Assembly (NCBI GenBank): GCA_965215605.1
Contig: OZ244070.1
Location: forward strand, 2,400,001-2,464,000
Direction: 5' to 3'
DNA from: an uncultured Candidatus Binatia bacterium
GTDB lineage: Bacteria; Desulfobacterota; Binatia; UBA9968; JAJDTQ01
Length of the DNA: 64,000 nucleotides
In this document: positions 19,355 to 28,983 of the stretch, one piece after another
How positions within the stretch are numbered: position 1 is the stretch's first letter
How the letters are laid out: each line of letters opens with the position of its first letter
The notes under the pieces: model-generated
What the model saw: the letters and a program-made list of their open reading frames with translations, nothing else
What the model was told of the DNA's origin: nothing
Database searches by the model: none
Translations under genes and position numbers: made by a program

Positions 19355-20437
19355 GTGGCGGGGATTCCCAGGCTACTCGCCTGGGGCCTCCTGTTGATGG
19401 TCCTGTCCGGCTGCTCCGCGGAATACTACATCCGGGCCGCCTACGAGGAGGGCCGGATCCTGTGGCGCCGCAAGCCCATCGCCGCCATGCTGGCGGAGGA
19501 GGGGCTCGCGCCGGAGGTCCGCCGGAAGCTCGAGATGGTGCTGGAGGTCCGCGACTATGCCGCCGGCCAGCTCCGGCTCAACGTCGGCGGCAGCTACGCG
19601 ACCCATTCCCACGTGGACCGCCCGGTGCTGCTGCACGTGCTGACGGCGGTTCCCAAGACCTCTCTCGAGCCCTACACATGGTGGTTCCCGTTCGTGGGCC
19701 GCGTCCCCTACAAGGGCTACTTCGATCCGGACGAAGCCCGCGAGGAAGCCGAGTCGCTGGCGCAGAAGGGTTACGATACCAACATCCGCGCGGCCGGCGC
19801 CTTCAGCACCCTGGGCTGGTTCGACGACCCGCTGCTCGGCCGCCTCCTGAAGCTCGACCGGGTGAGCCTCGCGGACGTGGTGCTGCACGAGCTGCTCCAC
19901 AACACGCTGTTCGTGAAGGGCTCGGTGGCCTTCAACGAAAGCTTGGCCAACTTCGTCGGCAAGCGCGGCGCCATCGATTTCTTTGAACGACGCCGCGGCC
20001 CCGGGAGCCCCGAAGCCGAGGCCGCCCGCCGGGCGTGGCGGGAAGAGCTGGAGTTCTCCGGGCTGATGATGGAGCTGACACGGTGCCTGCGGGCGCTGTA
20101 CGCGGAGCCGGTGCCCGAGGCGGACAAGCTGAGCCGCCGCGAGCAGGTGTTCGCCCGGAGCCGGCGGCAGTGGGCCGAGGCGCTGGCCGGGAGCGCGGGA
20201 CACCGGCACGCTTGGTTCAGCCGCCAACCCCTGGACAACGCCGTTATCCTGCAGCACCTGCTGTACGTCACCCACCTGGAGCGTTTCGAGGCTCTCCACC
20301 GGCGGGAAGGCCGACAAGTGAGCCGGACCATCGAGGCCGTGCGCGCCGCCGGCGATCCGTTCGATGCGTTGCCTGACACGAGCGCCGGCGGAACTTCCAG
20401 GGAGGGTATGACCTACGGGATTTGTGAGGCGCCGTGA
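19355..20437 (+). CDS. Putative lipoprotein zinc aminopeptidase (DUF2265-like)
   Basis: Lipobox LSGC; WWFPFVGRVPYKGYF, FSTLGWFDDP, HELLH...FNESLA. Confidence 0.8.
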   Translation: MAGIPRLLAWGLLLMVLSGCSAEYYIRAAYEEGRILWRRKPIAAMLAEEGLAPEVRRKLEMVLEVRDYAAGQLRLNVGGSYATHSHVDRPVLLHVLTAVPKTSLEPYTWWFPFVGRVPYKGYFDPDEAREEAESLAQKGYDTNIRAAGAFSTLGWFDDPLLGRLLKLDRVSLADVVLHELLHNTLFVKGSVAFNESLANFVGKRGAIDFFERRRGPGSPEAEAARRAWREELEFSGLMMELTRCLRALYAEPVPEADKLSRREQVFARSRRQWAEALAGSAGHRHAWFSRQPLDNAVILQHLLYVTHLERFEALHRREGRQVSRTIEAVRAAGDPFDALPDTSAGGTSREGMTYGICEAP

Positions 20438-20766
20438 AAAAGCTGTTGGCCATCATCCGGCTCCGGTGCCCCCGCTGCGCCGCCGGCCCCATCTTCGCCC
20501 GCCTCCTGAGGATGAATCCCCGCTGCCCGGTCTGCGGCCTTGAGTTCGAGCGCGAGCAGGGCTACTTTGTCGGCGCCATGTACTTCAGCTACGCACTGGC
20601 CATCGCGGAGGTCCTTCCTGTGATCGTCACCATGCTGCTGCTCGGCTTCGGCGCCGCCCCCATCTACATCGCGTGCTGCCTCGTGCTGATGGTTTCCGCC
20701 CCGTTCCTGTTCCGCTACTCCCGGGTCATCTGGATCCACCTCGACCAAGTGATCGATCCGAGGTAG
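20434..20766 (+). CDS. DUF983-like small membrane protein
   Basis: CPRC...CPVC, EQGYFVGAMY, two TM helices. Confidence 0.75.
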   Translation: MKKLLAIIRLRCPRCAAGPIFARLLRMNPRCPVCGLEFEREQGYFVGAMYFSYALAIAEVLPVIVTMLLLGFGAAPIYIACCLVLMVSAPFLFRYSRVIWIHLDQVIDPR

Positions 20767-20816
20767 GGGAACCGCTGTCAGGAATGACGACCCTGTGGCC
20801 GGCCACGCCATTAGCG

Positions 20817-21251
20817 TCAAGCACGTTCCAACCAAGCTTCTCTTGATAGCCAAAGCTCCACGCGTCCTGTCTTGCGACTGCCTCGGCGTTTTTGTTCAGA
20901 CGGTGGCAGGTAGATTTTGGCAACGAAGGGAGGGCTGTGTCTATTCAGGAAACGTTCTATCTTGTGGATACAGGAAACGAAATTTTCGGCCAGCGTTCTG
21001 TGGTTGGCGTGACCGACGACGAGAAAGAATCCGACACCGGCTCGCATTACGGCATTCAACTCATTCTGCCTGTAGCGGATGCGTTTGTCCTTTGAGACTA
21101 CAAACCACCCGTTGCCTCCGACCTCTGGCAACCAGACGTCGTCGGGTGTGTTGTCGGGGAAATGGGCATCATGCTTTTCGACGTGAATGCCCGCATCTGA
21201 CAGAATTTGAGGAAACAACGAGCCCAGATCACGGTCCGTAAAGAAGATCAC
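20817..21251 (-). CDS. PIN-like toxin (VapC45-like)
   Basis: FFTDRDLG, PDDVWL, VSKDKRIR; immediately downstream of a DUF433 protein. Confidence 0.78.
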   Translation of the reverse strand: MIFFTDRDLGSLFPQILSDAGIHVEKHDAHFPDNTPDDVWLPEVGGNGWFVVSKDKRIRYRQNELNAVMRAGVGFFLVVGHANHRTLAENFVSCIHKIERFLNRHSPPFVAKIYLPPSEQKRRGSRKTGRVELWLSREAWLERA

Positions 21252-21253
21252 AC

Positions 21254-21955
21254 TCAGGCTGCCTGTTCATAGACCAATGCATCCTTCACTTCCTGGCATT
21301 CAAGGCCGTAGTCTTCCGCGATTTCTTCCTCGGTCTCACCGGCATTGATGCGATCGACGATAGCCGCCGTCGAGATGCCACGGCGGGCAATGACCGGACG
21401 CCCGAAAGCGAGTCGCGCATCCATCATGATCGTATGGTTATCACCGGGATACAGCCTCACCGGTATGTCCAGTTCATCGCGTTCGATCCGTGCCAGATGA
21501 TCCTTCAGGATATGCTTGATGGCGATTTGGCCGGCTCTTGTCAGATTCACCAGGTCACCATACCGTTCAAGAAATAACTCTCCGCCGCCGGCCTGTAGTT
21601 CTGGAGAGAGGAACAGCCGCTTTGTATGGCAGGCACGTTCTGCCACACTCATCGCTTGACGTGCCGCCAAGATCGACACCCCGTGTTTCGTTCTCAATGC
21701 CCGCAACGTGTATGCCTCAACGATGTTGTTGAAGGAGAGGCGGATCGGGGCGTACTCGGGAGTAGCGATCAGCGTATGAAAAGCCGGTCGCGGAGATTTC
21801 CAGGGGCTTGAACGGTCAACGACCCAAGAGCGGAGCGTCTGCGGGGGAATCCGCACATAGCGTGCCGCTTCAACCACGGTGTACGCGGCGATATCCCTGG
21901 GATCCCTGTCTCCGTATATGTTCCTCGTCTTCGACTTCGGTTTTTGAGTTGCCAT
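21254..21955 (-). CDS. DUF433-containing antitoxin (VapB45-like)
   Basis: N-terminal HTH YTVVEAARYVRIPPQTLRSW; LSFNNIVE; C-terminal FGRPVI...GETEEEIAEDYGL; ATG at 21955. Confidence 0.82.
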   Translation of the reverse strand: MATQKPKSKTRNIYGDRDPRDIAAYTVVEAARYVRIPPQTLRSWVVDRSSPWKSPRPAFHTLIATPEYAPIRLSFNNIVEAYTLRALRTKHGVSILAARQAMSVAERACHTKRLFLSPELQAGGGELFLERYGDLVNLTRAGQIAIKHILKDHLARIERDELDIPVRLYPGDNHTIMMDARLAFGRPVIARRGISTAAIVDRINAGETEEEIAEDYGLECQEVKDALVYEQAA

Positions 21956-22141
21956 TCCGTTGCGTCCTACCCCCAGCCCCCTCACAAGATGATGCTCGGT
22001 TGCGGGTCCTTGCGGGGGACGATACCATGACGGCAACATCCCCCTCAAGTATATCGGGTGCGAGACTCCAACGCACTGAGAACCAGGAGCGGTACAGACC
22101 GTTGCCACTTGGGGATGCCGGGCCAATGAAGGGGTAGCTAT

Positions 22142-22633
22142 ATGGCTGAGGGCGCCGACGACGGGTTGAGATTCGCCGCCGACAAGATGCTGGGGCGGCT
22201 GGCCAAGTGGCTCCGGATCATCGGCCAGGACGTCATCTGCGGCCAGCATCTGTCCGGGCACGGGCTGGCGCGGACGGCAGCCCGGGAGCGGCGGGTCATC
22301 CTGACCCGGGACCGCAAGGTCTACCGCCGGAACCGGGACCAAAGCATCTTCATCCGGGACGACCACTTCCGCGGGCAGTTGAAGCAGGTGGTGGAAGAGT
22401 TCGGGCTGGACCCTTTCGGCGGTCTCCTGACCCGTTGTGTCGAGTGCAATTCGCCGCTCCAGCCCATCGCCAGGGAGCAGGTCGCCGACACCGTGCCGCC
22501 CTACGTGTACGAGACTCAGGAGGTCTTTTCGCTTTGCCGGGGCTGCCGCCGGGTCTTCTGGCCGGCCACTCACCAGCAGCTTATGGTGGAAGAACTCAAG
22601 CGCCTTGGGTTCGCCGCACCTGGAAATAGATAG
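22142..22633 (+). CDS. Mut7-C RNase domain protein
   Basis: ADKMLGRLAKWLRIIGQD, LTRDR, RCVECN...CRGCRRVFW..TH. Confidence 0.88.
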   Translation: MAEGADDGLRFAADKMLGRLAKWLRIIGQDVICGQHLSGHGLARTAARERRVILTRDRKVYRRNRDQSIFIRDDHFRGQLKQVVEEFGLDPFGGLLTRCVECNSPLQPIAREQVADTVPPYVYETQEVFSLCRGCRRVFWPATHQQLMVEELKRLGFAAPGNR

Positions 22634-22649
22634 GGGCGTGTGTTAGGTT
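22621..22649 (+). promoter_or_regulatory. Probable tRNA promoter
   Basis: TGGAAA-17 bp-TAGGTT with an extended -10 TG. Confidence 0.4.
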
Positions 22650-22660
22650 GAGCCAATCGT

Positions 22661-22774
22661 TCAGAGGCCTGGAACGCTACGGCCCTCCCGAGATCTTCAA
22701 CACCGACCAGGGCAGCCAGTTCACCAGCCTGGAGTTCACCTCCGTGCTCAAGGACGCCGGCGTCGCCATCTCCA

Positions 22775-22775
<1 letters not shown>
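22661..22775 (+). mobile_element. 115-bp internal fragment of the IS3 OrfB
   Basis: Matches 12576..12691 except for a single-base deletion; no IS ends. Confidence 0.88.
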
Positions 22776-22857
<82 letters not shown>

Positions 22858-22890
22858 TATCTCCGGGCGCCGATCCAGACACCAGTTGAT

Positions 22891-22929
22891 ACAAGACCCC
22901 GAGGGTAAGCTCTCGGGGTCTTGTCGTTT
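22891..22929 (+). terminator. Intrinsic terminator after the tRNA, possibly bidirectional
   Basis: ACAAGACCCCGAG...CTCGGGGTCTTGT stem followed by CGTTT. Confidence 0.7.
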
Positions 22930-22955
22930 CCGGCGTTGCGAACCGGGTTCCTCTT

Positions 22956-23387
22956 TCAGGACGGATCAGGCCAGACGAAGTCGGGGCGAAGCCCTTCATG
23001 GACCGGGCGGCCGTCGTCCGGCCTCGGGACGCCGGTGGCCGGATCGTAGAAGGCATGATAGGCGGCCGGCATGCTGTCCGGGTCAAAGCCCATCAGGTTC
23101 GGCGCGATCGCGCGAATACGCCCCATCTTGTCATCGAGCATGATGGGCGTGCCGCAGTCCGTGCACGTGCACAGCTCCAGGGGACCATCCGGGTTCTGAT
23201 CGTTGAACGGCTGGCGGTTCAGGCCGTCGGGGTTGTCGACGACGATGTCGCCGTGAGCGAAAAACGCCACATGGGTCGTGGCCTGTCCCGTAACGCGCTT
23301 GCAGACGGAGCAGTGACAGGTGTGGACGTCGATCGGATCGTTGTCCGAGCTAGTGTGTATGTGGTCGCACCCTCCAGAATAAGCCAT
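22956..23387 (-). CDS. GFA/CENP-V-like zinc-binding protein
   Basis: YSGGC, CHCSVCKR, CTDCGTP; RBS AAGGAGG before ATG 23387. Confidence 0.75.
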   Translation of the reverse strand: MAYSGGCDHIHTSSDNDPIDVHTCHCSVCKRVTGQATTHVAFFAHGDIVVDNPDGLNRQPFNDQNPDGPLELCTCTDCGTPIMLDDKMGRIRAIAPNLMGFDPDSMPAAYHAFYDPATGVPRPDDGRPVHEGLRPDFVWPDPS

Positions 23388-23560
23388 GTTTCCCTCCTTG
23401 TCGTCTGCGCCCAACAGCGCTGCCCACGATGAGCCCCTTGGCGGGGCATCCCCTTCGACAGCGTCGCATACTATCCCAGGCAGTGTTTCCAATGCAACAA
23501 TTGGATGTCTGGTAGTGCTTCAGTTGATACACTTCGGATGTTTGGGACGGCATTCCGACC

Positions 23561-23607
23561 TTGACCAGCGTTATCTCATATGATAAGTTAATATAACTCA
23601 TATGATA
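23561..23607 (+). promoter_or_regulatory. xre-res promoter with tandem palindromic operators
   Basis: TTGACC-17 bp-TAAGTT (extended TG); CTCATATGATA at 23575 and 23597. Confidence 0.65.
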
Positions 23608-23626
23608 TATTACGAGACTTGAGAGA

Positions 23627-24043
23627 ATGGCGCGTCCACTTCAAGGCACTCCCGGCGAATCAATCCTCAGGCCCCTCGGGGACCGCGACAGGATCGCGGT
23701 GGTCGTAAAGGCCGTGGTGCGGGCGGCCGATGCGTGGGGTTTGAGCAACATCGAGGCCGCAGCCCTTTTCGACGTTCCCACGGCCACCTGGAGCCGCATG
23801 AAGGCCGGCAGTTACAGGGGCACGCTCGATCAGGACAAGGTGACACGGGCCAGCCTGATCATCGGGTTGTTCAACGGTCTCGCGTCGCTCTTCAACGGCC
23901 CGCTGGCCTACGGTTGGCCGAAGGTTCCCAATACCGGTCGCGGCTTCGAGGGCAAGACCCCGGTCCAGGTCATGTGCGAAGGCGGCATCCCCGCCATGAT
24001 GAAGGTACGCCAGCACATCGACGCGTTGAGGGGTGGTGCATGA
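23627..24043 (+). CDS. Xre/MbcA/ParS-type antitoxin
   Basis: WGLSNIEAAALF HTH; W..PN...F.GKTP; VRQHIDALRG. Confidence 0.88.
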   Translation: MARPLQGTPGESILRPLGDRDRIAVVVKAVVRAADAWGLSNIEAAALFDVPTATWSRMKAGSYRGTLDQDKVTRASLIIGLFNGLASLFNGPLAYGWPKVPNTGRGFEGKTPVQVMCEGGIPAMMKVRQHIDALRGGA

Positions 24044-24753
24044 TCCGCGCGGCGGACCTCCCGGTCCGCGACGTAGTCGAACCCGCGACCGTCCGGCTGG
24101 TCACGGCCGGCTACCTGGAACAGCCGGCCATGGCGCTGCTCGCGGACAACCCGGCCGAGGTCGCGATTCTGAAAGAGATCGAAGGACTCACCTCGGCCGA
24201 GGCCCCCTCATCGCCGGCGGTCCCGTCCGGTATCCAACCGGGGGAGTTGCTGACGGAAGCGGACGGGTACGGCTGGAACTACGTGAACGCGGCATTCTGC
24301 CACACGCGCTCCACGGGTAACCGGTTCAACGGCCCGGAACGTGGAGCCTGGTATGCGTCGTACGGGAACAACGCGACGGACACGGCCAAGGCCGAGGTTG
24401 CGTGGCACCTCACGCGCGAGCTTCGCGCCACCGGCATCTACGAGAACATCACAGAATACCGGGAGCTTCTGGCTGGCTTCGTAAGCCGGTTCCATGATCT
24501 CGGCGAGAGGACGGGGGAGGCCGTATTCAGCGAGGACCCGGCCGAAGCCTATCCCGCGGGGCAGGCGCTGGCCCGGGACATCCTGGCGGTTGGCGGCAAC
24601 GGTGTGCTGTACCCGTCCGCTCGCTACGAAGGCGGGTGGTGTCTGGCTGCGCTGCGGCCGAATCTCGTACAGAATGTCCGCGAGGGAGAAACCTGGCTGT
24701 TCAGGTGGGCGGGGTCGGCGGAAGTGGAGATATCGAGGTCGGAGGTATCGTGA
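24040..24753 (+). CDS. RES-domain toxin (NAD+ phosphorylase type)
   Basis: TVRL, NRFN..GAWYAS, AEV, GVLYPSAR; ATGA overlap with the antitoxin. Confidence 0.88.
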   Translation: MIRAADLPVRDVVEPATVRLVTAGYLEQPAMALLADNPAEVAILKEIEGLTSAEAPSSPAVPSGIQPGELLTEADGYGWNYVNAAFCHTRSTGNRFNGPERGAWYASYGNNATDTAKAEVAWHLTRELRATGIYENITEYRELLAGFVSRFHDLGERTGEAVFSEDPAEAYPAGQALARDILAVGGNGVLYPSARYEGGWCLAALRPNLVQNVREGETWLFRWAGSAEVEISRSEVS

Positions 24754-26207
24754 TGGCGGAGAAACGGCGCTCAGAGGGACGATTCCGGACAAGCAGGTTG
24801 GGTACGGGTGTGGACGGAGCAATGCTGGCCGCTATCGTAATCGTCGCTGCCCTCGCCATCCTTTCGGGTCTCGTGCTCGGTTTCACCGGGCAACAGGTTG
24901 CATCGCTCGCGGTTTTGTCTGTGGCCCTTGCGATAGGTGTCTGGACCTTGGCCAGACGCAGGGCCGCCTCGGCCGCGGATACGGAAGGATCGGCTACGGA
25001 TATGGAAAGATCGACCGAGGAGGCTGGTGTCGCCGTGGTCCGGGATGACGGAGTACCGGGGCATCCGGAGGGACAGATTATAGAATTCGAAGGACAAAAA
25101 CTCGGCGTCATTGACTTCGGTACAGACTTGAGCGGTGTATTGAGACGTCAAATAGACAAGAACATCCTTGCGCGTGGGGAACCCTTTCGATCCGGGGGGA
25201 TACTGGATACGGCTTTTCTACCGATTGCCGGCGCTGGGGCTGCCGCGACATCTGCCTTGCTCGCGGGCAACGTCTTCCTGGCGACGGCCAACCCCGCTAC
25301 CTTGATGCAAATCGGCACCGGTGTCGGTTCGGCCGTGATGGGGCCGGCAGGTATCGTCGCACAAGCGCCATTCGTTGCGGCAAGTGGTGCCATTCTGCCG
25401 GTTGTCGCGCCTGTCATGCTCTTCACGACGCTATCGTCAATGATGATTGGCGCTCGCCTGGACCAGGTTCAAGGTTCTCTCGACCAATTGGCGAAGGCGG
25501 TGGAGCAATTGCTCGTCCGTCACACCGCAGATGACTACGCTGCTCTTGCCAGCGCGTTGGGACGACTGCGGGATGTTTCCGAAGAGTTCGACGGATGCCG
25601 GCGTTTTACGGATGATATGAGGACCCGCCTGGCACTGGCGGAAAGAGATCTGAACGTCCTGCGCCACAAGTACGTTTTTCTTTTGAAGAGGCCTGTTGGA
25701 TCCGAGCTCGAGGCCAAGCTTGCCCTGTCCGATATCGAGTTGTTCACGGCCGCGAGTCTCGCGGATATCCAGGTCGACCATCTCCGGTCAAAGCTGGCTC
25801 TTCAGGACAATCCGGATGATGCCTACAGAAGGTTTTCCGCGTTAAACTCACGGATAAACGACTACGAAAAGTCTTTCAGAGATCTCTTGGAGAATGACTC
25901 GATCGAAGAATACCGCGAGGATCTGCAGAATTCTGTCGGCCGCATGGGGTGGTGGGAAAGGAACGTTTCTCGGCGGGGGGCGCGCATGGAAAAGGAGGCG
26001 GAGATAGACAAGATTCAATCAGGGCCGGAGCGCAGTCTCGTAACGTTGCGGTCCCATATTTCAGAACTGTTGGACGACCTTGCCTCACTGAAGGATGTCG
26101 GGCAGAAACAAGCGATCATCTACTATCGAGAGAATGGCGGGCGTGGGGACTTGAAGGCTTACTACACCAGCGATTGGGAGCTTCAGGAGCAGCCCCACGA
26201 CCGGTGA
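24753..26207 (+). CDS. Hypothetical membrane protein with coiled-coil C-terminus, 484 aa
   Basis: Two N-terminal TM helices, a long Gly/Ala-rich hydrophobic segment, heptad-rich helical C-terminal half; TGATG overlap with res. Confidence 0.7.
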   Translation: MAEKRRSEGRFRTSRLGTGVDGAMLAAIVIVAALAILSGLVLGFTGQQVASLAVLSVALAIGVWTLARRRAASAADTEGSATDMERSTEEAGVAVVRDDGVPGHPEGQIIEFEGQKLGVIDFGTDLSGVLRRQIDKNILARGEPFRSGGILDTAFLPIAGAGAAATSALLAGNVFLATANPATLMQIGTGVGSAVMGPAGIVAQAPFVAASGAILPVVAPVMLFTTLSSMMIGARLDQVQGSLDQLAKAVEQLLVRHTADDYAALASALGRLRDVSEEFDGCRRFTDDMRTRLALAERDLNVLRHKYVFLLKRPVGSELEAKLALSDIELFTAASLADIQVDHLRSKLALQDNPDDAYRRFSALNSRINDYEKSFRDLLENDSIEEYREDLQNSVGRMGWWERNVSRRGARMEKEAEIDKIQSGPERSLVTLRSHISELLDDLASLKDVGQKQAIIYYRENGGRGDLKAYYTSDWELQEQPHDR

Positions 26208-26217
26208 GTGAGCGGTT

Positions 26218-28983
26218 ATGGCAAGCCCCAACCAAACCCCCGAACAGGCCGCGCGGGACAAGATCGACGGGATGTTGTCCCAGTCGGGATGGTTCGTTCA
26301 GGACAAGAAGAAGATCGACTTCAGCGCTGGCCTTGGGGTCGCGGTTCGCGAGTATCAGACCGACGTCGGCCCGGCGGACTACGTTCTCTTCGTCGACAAG
26401 AAGCCGGTTGGGGTCGTCGAGGCCAAACCGGCAGTATGGGGGGAGAAGATCACCACGGTCGAGGAGCAGTCTTCCGCCTATGCCGCCGCCAGACTCAAGT
26501 GGGTGAACAACGAGGAGCCGCTGCCGTTCGTCTACGAGTCCACCGGCGTGTTGACCCGTTTCACCGACGGGCGCGATCCCAGGCCTCGCTCCCGCGAGGT
26601 GTTCGGCTTTCCCCGGCCGGAGACCGTACAGGACTGGCGCGCCCAGCCGTCCTCGCTCCGCAAGCGGCTCCAGGGACTTCCGGAGTTGGACCCGGCCGGC
26701 CTGCGGGCGTGCCAAGTCAACGCCATCGAGAAGCTGGAGGCGTCGTTCAGGGACGACCGCCCGCGCGCGCTCATCCAGATGGCCACGGGCTCCGGCAAGA
26801 CCTACACCGCCATCACATCCATCTACCGGCTCCTCAAGCACGCCGACGCCAAGCGGGTCCTCTTTCTGGTGGACACCAGGAACCTGGGCGAGCAGGCCGA
26901 GCAGGAGTTCATGGCCTACCTGCCCGGCGACGACAACCGCAAGTTCACCGAGCTCTACAACGTGCAGCGGCTCAGGTCGTCCTACGTCGCGGGGGACAGC
27001 CAGGTCTGCATCAGCACCATCCAGCGCGTGTACTCGCTCCTGAAGGGCCAGGAGATGGACGAGTCCGCGGAGGACATCAATCCCGCGGAACTGGTCCAGC
27101 CCAGACAACCCATGTCGGTGGTCTACAACGACAGGACTCCGCCGGAGTTCTTCGACTTCGTCATCATCGACGAGTGCCATCGGTCGATCTACAACCTCTG
27201 GCGTCAGGTCCTGGAGTACTTCGACGCCTATCTCATCGGCCTCACCGCCACGCCGGACAGCCGCACCTACGGGTTCTTCAGGAAGAACGTCGTCAGCGAA
27301 TACGACCACGAGCAGGCTGTGGCCGACGGCGTCAACGTGGGTAACGAAGTCTACGCCATCGACACGGAGAGGACCCGCCACGGCGGCCAACTCAAAACAG
27401 ACCAGCGGATCGAGAAGCGCGAGCGCCTGACGCGCCGGAGGCGCTGGACGGTACAGGACGAGGACACCACCTACGCCGCCAACCAGCTCGACCGCAGCGT
27501 GGTGAACCCGGACCAGATCCGCACCGTCGCCCGCGCCTTCCGCGACAAGCTGCCGGAGATATTCCCCGGCCGCCGGGAAGTCCCGAAGACGCTGGTCTTC
27601 GCCAAGACTGACAGCCACGCCGACGACATCATCCAGACCGTGCGCGAGGAGTTCGGTGAGGGCAACGAGTTCTGCAAGAAGATCACCTACCGGGTCGAGG
27701 AAGACCCGAGGTCCGTCCTCGCCCAGTTCCGCAACGACTACTACCCGCGCATCGCAGTGACCGTGGACATGATCGCCACCGGCACCGACGTAAAGCCGCT
27801 GGAATGCCTGCTGTTCATGCGCGACGTGCGGAGCCGCAACTACTTCGAGCAGATGAAAGGCCGCGGCACCCGCACCCTCGGCCACGATGATCTCAGGAAG
27901 GTCACGCCGTCGGCCCTTACCGCGAAGACCCACTACGTCATCGTGGACGCCGTGGGGGTCACGAAGTCGCTCAAGACCGCCAGCCGGCCGCTCATCACCA
28001 AGCCTTCCGTACCGCTCAAGGACCTCGCCATGGGAGTGATGATGGGAGCGCGCGACGAGGACACGGTGGCGTCCCTGGCCGGACGCCTCGCCCGGCTCGA
28101 CCAGCAACTCGACCCGACCGAGAAGGAACGGATCAAGGCCAAGGCCGGGGGCGCCGAACTGACGAAGATTGTCGGCAATCTCCTGGCCGCCATCGATCCG
28201 GACCGCATCGACGAGAAGGCCCGCGAGATCGAGCCCGTGTCTGAAGACGTGAGGCCGTCGCCCGTGGCGTACGACAAGGCGCGGGAACACTTGGTCGACG
28301 CCGCCGCGGCCGTCTTCAACGGGGAGTTGATCGAGTTGATCGACTCCATCCGCCGCGACAACGAACAGACCATCGACCACGAAAGCCTGGACACTGTCCT
28401 CCGCGCCGAATGGGAGGGCGCCGCACACGAGAACGCTAAGGCCATGGTGCAGGACTTCCGGACCTACCTGGAAGCTCACTGCGACGAGATCGAAGCCCTC
28501 ACGATCTTCTACGGCCAACCGCATCGCCGCCGGGAGCTGACCTACGCCATCATCCGGGACGTGTTCGACAGGCTCAGGAGCGATCGGCCCCTGTTGTCCC
28601 CCTTGCGGGTGTGGCAGGCCTACGCCCTGCTGGATGAATACAAGGGCAGCCAACCCGCCGGCGAGTTGACCGCGCTGGTCGCCTTGATCCGCCGGGTCTG
28701 TGGCATCGACGCGACCCTGTCGCCCTACGCCGAAACCGTGCGCCGCAATTTCCAGAACTGGATCATGACCCACCACAGCGGCGGCGGCGAGAAGTTCAAC
28801 GAGGAACAGATGGAGTGGCTCCGCATGATCCGGGACCACATCAGCCAGTCCTTTCACCTGGAACACCGCGACCTGGACATGGCGCCGTTCGACGGCAAGG
28901 GCGGCATGGGGCGGATGTACAAGTTGTTCGGCGAACGGATGGATGGCGTGATTGACGAGTTGAATGAGGCGTTGGTGGGATGA
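26218..28983 (+). CDS. hsdR: Type I restriction-modification enzyme, R subunit
   Basis: Nuclease motif PADYVL..VEAK, MATGSGKT, IDECHR, LTATP, QMKGRGTR. Confidence 0.93.
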   Translation: MASPNQTPEQAARDKIDGMLSQSGWFVQDKKKIDFSAGLGVAVREYQTDVGPADYVLFVDKKPVGVVEAKPAVWGEKITTVEEQSSAYAAARLKWVNNEEPLPFVYESTGVLTRFTDGRDPRPRSREVFGFPRPETVQDWRAQPSSLRKRLQGLPELDPAGLRACQVNAIEKLEASFRDDRPRALIQMATGSGKTYTAITSIYRLLKHADAKRVLFLVDTRNLGEQAEQEFMAYLPGDDNRKFTELYNVQRLRSSYVAGDSQVCISTIQRVYSLLKGQEMDESAEDINPAELVQPRQPMSVVYNDRTPPEFFDFVIIDECHRSIYNLWRQVLEYFDAYLIGLTATPDSRTYGFFRKNVVSEYDHEQAVADGVNVGNEVYAIDTERTRHGGQLKTDQRIEKRERLTRRRRWTVQDEDTTYAANQLDRSVVNPDQIRTVARAFRDKLPEIFPGRREVPKTLVFAKTDSHADDIIQTVREEFGEGNEFCKKITYRVEEDPRSVLAQFRNDYYPRIAVTVDMIATGTDVKPLECLLFMRDVRSRNYFEQMKGRGTRTLGHDDLRKVTPSALTAKTHYVIVDAVGVTKSLKTASRPLITKPSVPLKDLAMGVMMGARDEDTVASLAGRLARLDQQLDPTEKERIKAKAGGAELTKIVGNLLAAIDPDRIDEKAREIEPVSEDVRPSPVAYDKAREHLVDAAAAVFNGELIELIDSIRRDNEQTIDHESLDTVLRAEWEGAAHENAKAMVQDFRTYLEAHCDEIEALTIFYGQPHRRRELTYAIIRDVFDRLRSDRPLLSPLRVWQAYALLDEYKGSQPAGELTALVALIRRVCGIDATLSPYAETVRRNFQNWIMTHHSGGGEKFNEEQMEWLRMIRDHISQSFHLEHRDLDMAPFDGKGGMGRMYKLFGERMDGVIDELNEALVG

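Noticed and set aside
22640-22660. GTTAGGT as an integron attC core site
   Set aside because: No matching inverse core or hairpin and no intI; better explained as a -10 element
23410-23470. Structured leader upstream of the GFA-like gene (riboswitch?)
   Set aside because: Short GC-rich stems are expected by chance; no known aptamer consensus recognised
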